Positions 23,745-36,407 of a stretch of 64,000 bases of DNA are shown piece after piece (position 1 is the first letter of the stretch; every line of letters starts with the position of its first letter). This DNA is from Macrostomum lignano (lineage: Eukaryota): positions 124,001 to 188,000 of the forward strand of contig NIVC01000064.1 of NCBI GenBank assembly GCA_002269645.1, in the 5' to 3' direction. The notes under the pieces are model-generated. The model did no database searches, was not told the DNA's origin, and was given only the letters and a program-made list of their open reading frames with translations. The position numbers and the translations under genes were made by a program.

Positions 23745-24180
23745 CATCAACAACAACAAGTCCCCATCAACAACAGCAACTCCCCAGCAACAACAGCAAC
23801 TCCCCATCAACAACAGCAACTCCTCATCAACAACAACAACAACTCCCCATCAACAACAGCAACTCCCCATCAACAACAGCAACTCCCCATCAACAACAGC
23901 AACTCCCCATCAACAATAGCAACTCCCCAGCAACAACAGCAACTCCCCATCAACAACAGCAACTCCCCATCAACAACAGCAACTCCCCATCAACAACACC
24001 AACTCTCTATCAACAACAACAACTCTCCATCAACCACAACAACTCTCCATCAACAACAACAACTCTCCATCAACAACACCAACTCTCTATCAACAACAAC
24101 AACTCTCCATCAACCACAACAACTCTTCATCAACAACAGCAACTCCCCATCAACAACAGCAACTCCCCATCATCAACAAA
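23745..24180. repeat. 20-bp minisatellite AACTCCCCATCAACAACAGC
   Basis: About 21 copies. Confidence 0.95.
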
Positions 24181-24911
24181 CGTCTCCCAAAGAACTGAAT
24201 TCAAAGCAGCGCTATTAAAATCGTTACCGAGTGAGACTCACAACGCGTGGATACAAAGAATGCTCTATTGAACTCCGCTTAGCATGAATACACTCTGATC
24301 AGCACCAAACGGTTACCGCTTGCTACAACAGCAAGCAGTAGTAGAGAGGCAAAGAAATTGGTTATGCACTCGACACGCAAGCATTAAATTTAAACACGCG
24401 CGCACACGCAGATTAAAACAAATATATAGCAACGAGACTGTTGTTTTTCTAACAAAAATATAACAAATCATCAAGCCAGCAAGATTTAGTTGAAACCGAG
24501 TTGAATTAGGAAATTTTTTACACAGTTCTACACAGCTTATCAATAAACATAAATACTACCAAAAAGCAAATAGACGAAGTGTTAACCCTGATTTGATTTG
24601 ACAGTTTTTAGTAATGCAACAAGGGCGCGATACACAGGATGAGCTACTGAAAAATTTCTTTACAAACTGACTTGTCAACGCCGGGTCTCTCATCGTGCAC
24701 AGGTGTAATTATATCAGGTAGGATTATGATTGCTTTTAGCGGCAGCAGACATTAGAAGTGGCAGTGAAGAAAATATAAATCATTCCCCCCCACTCCACTT
24801 GAGTTGACGCGTGAGCTTTTTAAGCCCCGACTATTTAGCGACAAAGTCGCGGGTTCGATTCCGTAGGGCTACTCACAGAGAGTGTACATGCCTATAAATG
24901 ACATTGAAATA

Positions 24912-25160
24912 GGGGGTTGTAGCCTAGTGGTCGGAGAGTCGGACTCACGATCTGAAGGTTAGGGGTTCGATTCCCGATCCCACCCGGAGCAATTTGTGTC
25001 CTTGAGCAAGACACTTAAGTCTGCATTGCTTCAGTTCACGCAGCTGTAAAATGGGTGCCAGCATTAGCTGGGGTAATTGAGGGTGTGTGCGGCGACCCCC
25101 CCCCCAGTATTCGGACAGCCGCATCTCAACTCAAGTAGGGATCGCTAAGAATCTGGACAG
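24912..25160 (+). mobile_element. tRNA-derived SINE with CORE(MIR)-like central domain
   Basis: A box TAGCCTAGTGG and B box GGTTCGATTCC, then GTCCTTGAGCAAGACACTTAA...CAGCTGTAAAATGGG resembling the CORE-SINE domain. A second orphan B box lies near 24853-24863. Confidence 0.75.
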
Positions 25161-28142
25161 TCACACTAGCGATTCCTGCTGATTCGCCAGCCGGAGCTCC
25201 AGCGGCTGGGGCAGCCGGGTTCGCGGCTTCGGCTGCAGCAGCTGCTGTTGCTGCTGCCTCGGACTGCTCAAAGCTGAGTTGGTTTCGCTTCGAGAAGCAG
25301 CAGCGCCTGCAGCCGTTGCCGCGGGTCCTCGCATTGGCGCGTGCCGGCTGGAGAAGTTCAACTGCCGCTGCTGCTGTCGACTTTGCCGGCCGCCAACCGT
25401 CGCCGAATCGAAGCTGTCCCGGGTGTGCAACCGGGACAACCGGTCGAATTCCTGACGCCGGTGTCGGGCGGTTTCGTCTCCGTCTGGCTGGTGCCGATGG
25501 TGCTGATGTTGGTGCTGCTGGTGCTGCTGGTGCTGGTGCTGCTGGTGCTGGTGATTCGATGACTGGTGCTTTGATGAAGATTCGAGGCCCAGCAGCTCCA
25601 AACGAGTCTCTGAACTGGAACGCTTGCGGAATTTGGACTGACGCTGGAGCTGCTGGAGCTGCTGCTGCTGCTGCTGATGCTGCGCAGCAGCCGACGTAGC
25701 CGCCGCTGCCGTCGAAGCCAACGAATTCGCTGGCACCGCTCGCACCGGTCTCGCTGCCGGCGAAGACGATGCCGTTGTTGTTGATGCAGAAGATGCCGAT
25801 GCGGACGCTGGAACTGACGAAGACGCGACTGTCGACACCAGCGGATGACGTGACTTGGACTCGGCTAGCGGATCGAATCCCGCCGGCAGCGGCTGCCGGC
25901 CCGACGTCCCCACCGACGCTGGCCGCCTGTTCATTCTGGCTGGCACCGGCGGCCGCTCCCGAGCAGGCGGCTTCGTCACCTCCTGGTAGGGCAGCTGCGG
26001 AGGCGGAATTGGCTTTCTTTGAGGCTTCTGCGGCGGCTGCTGCTGCGGCGCCCTGGACCGCTGACTTCGAACCTGCCTTTTGATAGCGATATCGTACGGC
26101 GGCGGCTGCTGACGCTCAGGAATGTCAATGGGAGCTGCGGCTGCCGATCGACGATTGTCGTCAAGCTGCTGATCGCTGAGCTGCAGCCCGGAGTCCTTGG
26201 ACAGGGAGGACAGCGACAGCGGCTCGGCGGCGTCCATCGCGGTTGGCCTGACTCCGTCGAGACTCTCCGTGGAGGACAGGTGCTCGTCAGTCTGGCAGAT
26301 GTGAGTCACGAAATCGTTGAGAGCTCGTTCGTTCTGCCGGGGGTCCGGCCAGATTTCGTCGAAATTGGTGATCAACAGCTCGATGAGTTTGTTGATGCGC
26401 TGCGCGTCCTGCTCCATGCTGGCCAGGTTGATGTCCTGCTGGTCCTGCTCCAGCACGGAGAACGAGACCGACCGGCCGATGTTCGCCGGGTTCATCTGGT
26501 TCTGCTCGTGATTGCTGGCCACTCGACGCAGTGCAGTCATCAGCATGTGCAACAGGTGGGCATTCTGCGGATGCATCTGCTGGATGACGCTGCGGATTTC
26601 ATCGGAAGCGGCCTTCGAGCTGAGCACGCCGTCCACTACGTCGCGTCCGATGCAGCTCCACTGGCCGAAGAGGTTCCTCTGCAGCAGGCAGCCGGGCAGG
26701 TTCCTGAGGTAGTGCTTCAACGCGTCGCCAATGCAGTGGTCGCCGAAGCTGTTGAGCTGCGGCAGATTGTCCGGCTTGGACAGATCGTACTGGCTCAGCA
26801 GCTGCAGCACCTGGTTCTTCTCGCTCACCGAGCCCGGCTGCCGGAAAATTCCTTTGGTGGCGTAGCAGCGGTGGTAGATCTGCGCCAGAAGACACGTGAC
26901 CGGACGCGACACCACGCCAGAGGGGAACAGCTCGGCCAGGGGCCGGCCGATTATTGGCGACGGCTCGCCGGACGAAGAGCCTCCACCGCTGATTCCGCCG
27001 CTGCTGCCGCCGCCCGACACTGTCAAAGCTTCCACTGAGGCCTGCCTGACCAGCAGCGACCGTCGGTTGCTGGAAATCCAGTTGCGAATTTTGCTGGGCA
27101 CTTCAGACGCTCGACGGGACTGCTGCTGCTGGTGCTGGTGCTTCTTCTTCTTGCTGGTCGAGCACACCCCGGCAGAGCAGGCGTCCTGCGAATGCAGCGA
27201 CAATCGAACCCGACAAGCTGTCGGCTGCTCAACGTCCAGATCCATCGAGTTCGACTCGTTCGGGCTGGTCGACGACGCCTCGGACATGACGCTGCCGCGC
27301 CGCCTCTCCGACTTGTGCTGCTCGTGGATGTGGTACAGCACGGTGGCGAAGATGGACTCGCAGCCCACCATGCAGTGATTGCCGCTGGAGCCTTCCAGGC
27401 ACAGCTGCGCTCTGAAGCTCGCATCGAGTTTAAACGCTGTTTTGCACTTTCGCGCCACATCGTTAGCCGTCTCGTACGGCTTGACCGTCAGCGTCTGGAC
27501 GGCGGCACCGGATGATGAGGCGGCGTCCGCTCCACCGTACGATGGCGACGGCGGATCGACGTAGACCTGGATGCAGCTGGCCAGGCTGACCTGGCACTGC
27601 TCGCTCGGCTCGGCGTCCTCGCCGTAGAGTCGACGCAGCGTCTCCAGGTTGACCTTCTGGAAGGCCAGCAGGAAGCGCTCCTTCTCGCTGCTGGTGCCGA
27701 AAGTGACAATCATGAGGTCAGTGTGCCAGCCTGCCAGCACCGCCAGGCTCTCGTCCTTGATCCGGTGGCTATCGCTGGGCACGTAGTCTGAGACGTTCCG
27801 TCTGACCCAAACGTAGTAGACAAATATCTTGGCCTTGATCTTGTCCTTCTTCTTTAGCTTGAGCTGGTCGCCTTGGAGCTGCAGCACCCTGTTGGACGGA
27901 TCCTGATCGAAGTGCACCGGCTGACCTTTGGAGGACTTTTTGCGCGAATGAACGTCAACCCGAGCCTCGAACAGGGTCTCGCCGGCGAGGTGTTCGTCCT
28001 CGGACGAGCTGACGCATTCGCCGCTGGAGTCGCGCAGCAATCTGGAGGCGCCGCTGCCGCCGAACGACTTGGAGAATGCAGGCGTCTGCAGGTACTGCAG
28101 CTGCTGCTGATTCCGCCTGACTGTGACACCTGTGTCGTCCAT
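25161..28142 (-). CDS. ARHGAP20: ARHGAP20-like Rho GTPase-activating protein (PH-like, RA-like, RhoGAP, Q/A/P-rich tail), ~993 aa single large coding exon
   Basis: RhoGAP motifs TKGIFRQPGS (arginine finger), DALKHYLRNLPGCLL and NQMNPANIG; an RA-like TLTVKPYETANDV lies upstream. Likely ATG at 28142, possibly extended by a micro-exon ending at 28647. C-terminus is ESLV. Confidence 0.82.
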   Translation of the reverse strand: MDDTGVTVRRNQQQLQYLQTPAFSKSFGGSGASRLLRDSSGECVSSSEDEHLAGETLFEARVDVHSRKKSSKGQPVHFDQDPSNRVLQLQGDQLKLKKKDKIKAKIFVYYVWVRRNVSDYVPSDSHRIKDESLAVLAGWHTDLMIVTFGTSSEKERFLLAFQKVNLETLRRLYGEDAEPSEQCQVSLASCIQVYVDPPSPSYGGADAASSSGAAVQTLTVKPYETANDVARKCKTAFKLDASFRAQLCLEGSSGNHCMVGCESIFATVLYHIHEQHKSERRRGSVMSEASSTSPNESNSMDLDVEQPTACRVRLSLHSQDACSAGVCSTSKKKKHQHQQQQSRRASEVPSKIRNWISSNRRSLLVRQASVEALTVSGGGSSGGISGGGSSSGEPSPIIGRPLAELFPSGVVSRPVTCLLAQIYHRCYATKGIFRQPGSVSEKNQVLQLLSQYDLSKPDNLPQLNSFGDHCIGDALKHYLRNLPGCLLQRNLFGQWSCIGRDVVDGVLSSKAASDEIRSVIQQMHPQNAHLLHMLMTALRRVASNHEQNQMNPANIGRSVSFSVLEQDQQDINLASMEQDAQRINKLIELLITNFDEIWPDPRQNERALNDFVTHICQTDEHLSSTESLDGVRPTAMDAAEPLSLSSLSKDSGLQLSDQQLDDNRRSAAAAPIDIPERQQPPPYDIAIKRQVRSQRSRAPQQQPPQKPQRKPIPPPQLPYQEVTKPPARERPPVPARMNRRPASVGTSGRQPLPAGFDPLAESKSRHPLVSTVASSSVPASASASSASTTTASSSPAARPVRAVPANSLASTAAAATSAAAQHQQQQQQLQQLQRQSKFRKRSSSETRLELLGLESSSKHQSSNHQHQQHQHQQHQQHQHQHHRHQPDGDETARHRRQEFDRLSRLHTRDSFDSATVGGRQSRQQQRQLNFSSRHAPMRGPAATAAGAAASRSETNSALSSPRQQQQQLLQPKPRTRLPQPLELRLANQQESLV

Positions 28143-29243
28143 ATTTGCGAGCTTTTGGATGCTATGCCATATGAAACTCAGGTAAACTAATAGAGTGGCA
28201 CTGCTAGCTGGGAGCCGTGCGCAGCTAGCTATAGTGGTATGAGAAGATCGACCTGTTTCTTTGCCTGGCTTTATTTTAACCAACTGCACACACACTTACA
28301 CACACAGGGCGAATTCGTCACCAGAGACCAAATCTGGTTCTACTCCGCTCAAGGTATAGTCATTCGCCTTCTGCAGGGGCGGCGGGGGTCACGGAGTGAG
28401 GGGAGGGGGAGGGGAGGGAGAGAGGGGGCAGAGTAGGCAGGAGAGTCGCAGTGCAGGTAAGAGAGAAATAGCCTGCGCCTTTGTGCGGCACAAATTCTCT
28501 CTCCTCTGCAGAAACGCGCCAGATTCTCTCAATAACCAGGTCGCCAGCTCGTGCATTCCGTCTCTCCTTACTGAACTAGCCCACCATGTAAAGGGCGCAC
28601 ACACCGCACACACACATGCATAAGTGCCCTTCACCCCAGCACTTACCTCATATGTAGCTCAATATGTATATTGCCTTCCTGCTCCTAATTAGATTAAATG
28701 CGCAAAGCAAACTGAGCCACGATATCTCTACAGCGAGCAAAGACAATAATATATATGGTCGCAGTTGAGACCTTGGGTGACTCTGCGCGCCGCGCTTAAA
28801 CAGAAACCTACTAGTAGTCCTTATTTGTTCGAATAAATAATATGAAGGCTCTATTGTCTTCAGAGCCATTCCACTGCCCTCGCAATGCAGATGGAAATTT
28901 TTCATTCAAGCTGAATGCAGACAGTGATGCAAAAAGGTATTTTGAAAAAAAAATTATGGCCCAATAAAGCTGCACTTTCTCTCATCTCTAACCGGAAATG
29001 TGTCCAGTGTCAGAACTAATGCCAAAACAATTCGCAATTTAATTTGGACACACAACAGATTAGATAACGAGAAAAAACTGGCTTAATTTAATTGTATGCT
29101 CACACAGCTTGTTGTTAAAAATAAAAATGACAAAATTTTGTGTCGGCAGTACACTGTAGAGAATATAGAAATGCCTCACAAGAGCTACTAAATAGACAAT
29201 CGGAGTTCAACTATGTAAATTATTGAACTGGAATGAACTCACT

Positions 29244-29881
29244 TAGGGTTGTAGCCAAATCTTTTTATTGAGGCGTCTTAGGTTGGGGCGCAGTTTCATT
29301 TTAGGGGGTGCCATTCTATTTCAGGGGGCGCCAGTCCATTTCAGGGGGTGCCATTCCATTTCAGGGGGCGCCATTCCATTTCAGGGGCGCCATTTCATTT
29401 GGGGGGCGCCATTTCATTTAAATGGGGTGCCAGTTCATTTTATGGGGTGCCATTCGACTTCAGGAGGCGCCAGTCCATTTCAGGGGCGCCATTTCATTTC
29501 AGTGGGCGCCATTCCATTTCAGGGGGGGTAATTTCATTTCAGGGGGCGCCATTCCATTTCAGGGGGCGCCATTCCATTTCAGGGGTGCCAGTCCATTTCA
29601 GGGGGCGCCATTTCATTTCAGGGGCGCCATTCCATTTCAAGAGGTGCCATTCCATTTCAAGGGGTGCAATTCCATTTCAGGGGCGCCATTTCATTTCAGG
29701 GGGCGCCATTCCATTTCAGGGGGGGGGGGCAATTTCATTTCAGGGGGCGCCATTCCATTTCAGGGGGCGCCATTCCATTTCAGGGGGCACCAGAGGCACT
29801 GCAATACTTGCACTAGGCCGTGCACTTTCACCAAGCAACAGGGGCGCGGCCTGCCCCTCCCCCCTCTCGGCTACGCCATTG
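29244..29881. mobile_element. MITE (hAT-like degenerate TIRs) filled with a 20-bp array TTTCAGGGGGCGCCATTCCA
   Basis: Ends TAGGGTTGTAGCC / GGCTACGCCATTG; flanks AACTCACT vs AACCCAGC match 5/8; array at ~29300-29790. Confidence 0.5.
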
Positions 29882-30589
29882 AACCCAGCGCAGCTCAAGT
29901 AGTTGGAGACTTCACCACTCCAGTGCTCCTGTGTGGGCGTACAGCACTTGAGTCAGCACCCACCCGGGTATCTTCCGACGCATTGATAAAATACACAGTA
30001 TGCAAACGCACAGCTGCCTCAACTGCTACATGTACCTATTATGTAGCTAAGACAGACCTAAGCAATTATAAATGGAACAAAAACCCTCACACAAATATAA
30101 GTGCATCGCTACGGAGTGTGTAGCGAAAAAGCCCAAAGATGCGGCTCATTGCGATGCATTGAGCGAACTTTCCTATCCTAGTGGCAGAGTTGTTCTTAGA
30201 ACTACGAGCTTGAACACAGTAAGGCAACACAATACTGAGCTAAAAAAAATTGAAGTTCTAACGATGTCGTTAGGACTGAGTCATATGAGCTGTGCCTACA
30301 GAGAAGATGAGCGCGAATATTTACATTGATGAGCTAGCTGTCGCTATTCGAAAACTAAGGCAGCTGCTAAATGGCTGAGTGTTGTGTACACCGCAGGCTA
30401 ATGCTGCGCAAACGGTATGACTAAGCACTGGCGTCATTGGGGCAACGATTGAAAGCAAGCGCAAGATGATTAAAGCAACAATGACAGGTGACTAATATAA
30501 ATGAATATAACAGATGACTAAACGAGGATGATAAAAGATTAAGCTAGAAAAGCAAGGATGATAGATGCCTCATCCAAGACGACAGATGA

Positions 30590-33500
30590 TTAAGCAATTA
30601 AGATAGATGACTAAGCGAGGATGATTGATAGATAACTAAGCGAGGATGATTGATAGATGACTAAGCGAGGATGATTGATGACTAAGCGAGGATGATAGAT
30701 GACTAAGCGAGGATGATAGATGACTAAGCGAGGATGATTGATAGATGACTAAGCGAGAATGATTGATAGATGACTAAGTGAGGATGATAGATGACTAAGC
30801 GAGGATGATTGATGACTAAGAGAGGATGATTGATAGATGACTAAGCGAGGATGATTCATAGATGACTAAGCGAGGATGATTGATGGATGACTAAGCGAGG
30901 ATGATTGATAGATGACTAAGCGAGGATGATTGATAGATGACTAAGCGAGGATGATTCATAGATGACTAAGCGAGGATGATTGATAGATGACTAAGCGAGG
31001 ATGATTCATAGACGACTAAGCGAGGATGATTGATAGATGACTAAGCGAGGATGATTGATAGATGACTAAGCGAGGATGATTGATAGATGACTAAGCGAGG
31101 ATGATTGATAGATGACTAAGCGAGGATGATTGATAGATGACTAAGCGAGGATGATTCATAGATGACTAAGCGAGGATGATTGATAGATGACTAAGCGAGG
31201 ATGATTGATAGATGACTAAGCGAGGATGATAGATGACTAAGCGAGGATGATTGATGACTAAGCGAGGATGATAGATGACTAAGCGAGGATGATTGATGAC
31301 TAAGCGAGGATGATAGATGACTAAGCGAGGATGATAGATGACTAAGCGAGGATGATTGATAGATGACTAAGCGAGGATGATTGATAGATGACTAAGCGAG
31401 GATGATAGATAACTAAGCGAGGATGATTGATAGATGACTAAGCGAGGATGATTGATGACTAAGCGAGGATGATAGATGACTAAGCGAGGATGATAGATGA
31501 CTAAGCGAGGATGATAGATGACTAAGCGAGGATGATTGATAGATGACTAAGCGAGAATGATTGATAGATGACTAAGCGAGGATGATTGATAGATGACTAA
31601 GCGAGGATGATTGATAGATGACTAAGCGAGGATGATTGATAGATGACTAAGCGAGGATGATTCATAGATGACTAAGCGAGGATGATTGATAGATGACTAA
31701 GCGAGGATGATTGATAGATGACTAAGCGAGGATGATTGATAGATGACTAAGCGAGGATGATTCATAGATGACTAAGCGAGGATGATTGATAGATGACTAA
31801 GCGAGGATGATTGATAGATGACTAAGCGAGGATGATTCATAGATGACTAAGCGAGGATGATTGATAGATGACTAAGCGAGGATGATTGATAGATGACTAA
31901 GCGAGGATGATTGATAGATGACTAAGCGAGGATGATTGATAGATGACTAAGCGAGGATGATTCATAGATGACTAAGCGAGGATGATTGATAGATGACTAA
32001 GCGAGGATGATAGATGACTAAGCGAGGATGATTGATGACTAAGCGAGGATGATAGATGACTAAGCGAGGATGATTGATGACTAAGCGAGGATGATAGATG
32101 ACTAAGCGAGGATGATAGATGACTAAGCGAGGATGATTGATAGATGAATAAGCGAGGATGATTGATAGATGACTAAGAGAGGATGATTGATGACTAAGCG
32201 AGGATGATTGATAGATGACTAAGTGAGGATGATAGATGACTAAGCGAGGATGATTGATGACTAAGCGAAGATGATTGATAGATGACTAAGTGAGGATGAT
32301 AGATGACTAAGCGAGGATGATAGATGACTAAGTGAGGATGATAGATGACTAAGCGAGGATGATAGATGACTAAGCGAGGATGATAGATGACTAAGCGAGG
32401 ATGATTGATGACTAAGCGAGCATGATAGATGACTAAGTGAGGATGATTTATAGATGACTAAGCGAGGATGATTGATAGATGACTAAGCGAGGATGATTCA
32501 TAGATGACTAAGCGAGGATGATTGATAGATGACTAAGCGAGGATGATTGATAGATGACTAAGCGAGAATGATTGATAGATGACTAAGCGAGGATGATTGA
32601 TAGATGACTAAGCGAGGATGATTGATAGATGACTAAGCGAGGATGATTGATAGATGACTAAGCGAGGATGATTAATGACTAAGCGAAGATGATTGATAGA
32701 TGACTAAGTGAGGATGATTGATGACTAAGCGAGGATGATAGATGACTAAGCGAGGATGATTGATGACTAAGCGAGGATGATAGATGACTAAGCGAGGATG
32801 ATAGATGACTAAGCGAGGATGATAGATGACTAAGCGAGGATGATTGATGACTAAGCGAGGATGATTGATAGATGACTAAGTGAGGATGATAGATGACTAA
32901 GCGAGGATGATTGAAAGATGACTAAGCGAGGATAGATGACTAAGCGAGGATGATAGATGACTAAGCGAGGATGATAGATGACTAAGCGAGGATGATAGAT
33001 GACTAAGCGAGGATGATTGATGACTAAGCGAGAATGATTGATAGATGAGTAAGCGAGGATGATAGATAGATGACTAAGCGAGGATGATTGATGACTAAGC
33101 GAGGATGATTGATGACTAAGCGAGGATGATAGATGACTAAGCGAGGATGATAGATGACTAAGCGAGGATAATTGATGACTAAGCGAGGATGATAGATGAC
33201 TAAGCGAGGATGATAGATGACTAAGCGAGGATGATAGATGACTAAGCGAGGATGATTGATAGATGAATAAGCGAGGATGATTGATAGATGACTAAGAGAG
33301 GATGATTGATGACTAAGCGAGGATGATTGATAGATGACTAAGTGAGGATGATAGATGACTAAGCGAGGATGATAGATGACTAAGCGAGGATGATAGATGA
33401 CTAAGCGAGGATGATAGATGACTAAGCGAGGATGATTGATAGATGACTAAGCGAGGATGATTGATGACTAAGCGAGCATGATAGATGACTAAGTGAGGAT

Positions 33501-34215
33501 GATTGATAGATGACTAAGCGAGGATGATTGATGATTAAGCGAGGATGATAGATGACTAAGCGAGGATGATTGATGACTAAGCGAGGATGATAGATGACTA
33601 AGCGAGGATGATTGATGACTAAGCGAGGATGATAGATGACTAAGCGAGGATGATTGATGACTAAGCGAGGATGATAGATGACTAAGCGAGGATGATTGAT
33701 GACTAAGCGAGGATGATAGATGACTAAGCGAGGATGATAGATGACTAAGCGAGGATGATTGATGACTAAGCGAGGATGATTGATAGATGACTAAGTGAGG
33801 ATGATAGATGACTAAGCGAGGATGATTGAAAGATGACTAAGCGAGGATAGATGACTAAGCGAGGATGATAGATGACTAAGCGAGGATGATAGATGACTAA
33901 GCGAGGATGATAGATGACTAAGCGAGGATGATAGATGACTAAGCGAGGATGATTGATGACTAAGCGAGGATGATTGATAGATGACTAAGCGAGGATGATT
34001 GATAGATGACTAAGCGAGGATGATTGAAAGATGACTAAGCGAGGATGATAGATGACTAAGCGAGGATGATTGATGACTAAGCGAGGATGATTGATGACTA
34101 AGCGAGGATGATTGATAGATGACTAAGCGAGGATGATTGATAGATGACTAAGAGAGGATGATTGATAGATGACTAAGAGAGGATGATTGATAGATGACTA
34201 AGAGAGGATGACATA
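30590..34215. repeat. 3.6-kb satellite GATGACTAAGCGAGGATGA(TTGATA), 21-25-bp variants
   Basis: Homogeneous core with degenerate edges. Confidence 0.97.
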
Positions 34216-34974
34216 TGAATAAGCGAGAATAGCTGACAGGTGATTAAGCGTTATTAAATGATTAAGATTCGGAGCGGATGCCGATAAATGATGCACTGAA
34301 GTTGCACCGCAAAGGTAGGCAGTAATTTCATCAACACACAAAACTCCACAAACTCATTCACTCTAAGTAAATTTGTGACGTGGGTCTGGCCACACAAAAA
34401 ACTTGTACAAATGCACTCGTGTCTACATCTAGCAAAATAAACGCAAAACACTGCGCAGTTATAGTTAATATTTTGCATTCTAAGCGCCAATTTAAATTGT
34501 GGCCGGTTTCTTAAGGTTGCACTATAATTAAAATACGCAGTTAAATCTAGTCGTTACATATTTATATACATAATATACTGGCAAAAGTCAATTTAAACAA
34601 AAAATTAACAAACAATTTTTTGTAGTCTATTAATTTTAATTTGACCTACTCAATTGATTAAAAACTAAATTTTTACGTATTTATTGCATACAAAGATTAA
34701 CACGAAAGAATTTTATAACGCAATATTTTTTAGTGAATAAATAACTAAGTAATGTTGGTTGATATTCAATATAACAACAGACATAAAAATTTCTGAGATT
34801 CAAAATGTCTTTTTACCTTGGCAAGAAATTATGAAATTAGAATACGAGCGTACTTGGCATTTTTGCAACAAAAAATTAACAGCGTATCAGACATTATGCT
34901 TTGCACTGCTTTGTACGCAGAAACAACAAGACGAAAAGGCTTTTCCAAAGCTGAGACTGTTGCTAACCTGAGGC

Positions 34975-36015
34975 AGGATAGGGAGTAATCTAGGTAGAGC
35001 GGATTGTAATCTGAGATGATGGATTGCAATCTAGGTAGATTAAGTTGTAATCAGAAAATATTGGGGTGTAATCTATAAAGATTGGGATGCAATCTATATA
35101 AAGGTTATGATGTAATCTAGACATATTGAGATGTAATCTAGAAAGATTCGGGATGTAATCTAGAGAGATTGGGATGTAATCTACAGAGATAGGGGTGTAA
35201 TCCAGACAGATTGGGATGCAATCTAGAAAGATTCGGGATGTAATCTAGACAGATTGGGATGTGATCTAGAAAGATTGGGATGTACATGTAATCTAGACAG
35301 ATTGGGATGTAATCTAGACAGATTAGGATGTAATCTAGACAGATTGGGATGTAATCTAGACAGATTGGGATGTAATATAGACAGATTGGGATGTAATCTA
35401 GAAAGATTCGGGATGAAATCTAGAGAGATTGGGATGTAATCTAGACGGATTGAGATGTAATCTAGGCAGATTGGGATGTAATCTAGACGGATTGGGATGT
35501 AATCTAGGCAGATTGGGATGTAATCTAGACGGATCGGGATGTAATCTAGAAAGATTCGGGATGAAATCTAGAGAGATTGGGATGTAATCTAGACAGATTG
35601 GGATGTAATCTAGACAGATTGGGATGTAATCTAGACAGATTGGGATGTACATGTAATCTAGACAGATTGGCATGTAATCCAGACAGATTGGGATGTAATC
35701 TAGACAGATTGGCATGTAATCTAGGCAGATTGGGATGTAATCGAGAGAGATTGGGATGTAATCTAGAAAGATTCGGGATGAAATCTAGAGAGATTGGGAT
35801 GTAATCTAGACAGATTGGGATGTAATCTAGACAGATTGGGATGTAATCTAGACAGATTGGGATGTAATCTAGAAAGATTCGGGATGTAATCTAGACAGAT
35901 TGGGGTGTAATCTAGACAGATTGGGGTGTAATCTAGACAGATTGGGATGTAATCTAGACAGATTGGGATGTAATCTAGACAGATTAGAATGTAATCTAGA
36001 CGGATCGGGATATAA
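34975..36015. repeat. 21-bp minisatellite CTAGACAGATTGGGATGTAAT
   Basis: About 48 copies. Confidence 0.96.
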
Positions 36016-36407
36016 TCTCGATTAACTTGACTACAGGAAATCATTAATTAGTGATGTAGCCACAGATTGCAATATGCAGAAGCAGATCACACTCGTAACA
36101 TTGTAGGTGATAAAAATTAAATGATTAATTATAAGCCTAACGAAAGACACTTAGCAGAGATTATAAAACTTGCTGACCTTTAAAATTTGCTCAATTAGTC
36201 AATGAGATTCAACAAATAGCAAATGTATATAAATAAATGAGTAAATCTAGCCACTACGAGTAAATAGAATGGTTCTTGAAAACGGTGCTAGATTTGCTTA
36301 CTACTACTTAATATCGGTCTCCAAGCAGTAGCAACAAGCGTATATTTCTTGATAAATATTTATTGTTAATAAAAAATGAGAACTTAAAAAAATATTGCTT
36401 TTGTCCG

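Noticed and set aside
24912-24985. Functional tRNA gene
   Set aside because: The acceptor stem pairs poorly and the sequence continues into a SINE core.
25316-27564. Plus-strand ORFs overlapping the RhoGAP
   Set aside because: Antisense shadows of a GC-rich, codon-biased CDS.
28143-28295. RhoGAP start at 28295 as in the ORF track
   Set aside because: Non-ATG start in promoter-like sequence; 28142 or a micro-exon is more plausible.
29268-30123. ORFs of 87-233 aa
   Set aside because: Derived from the 20-bp array.
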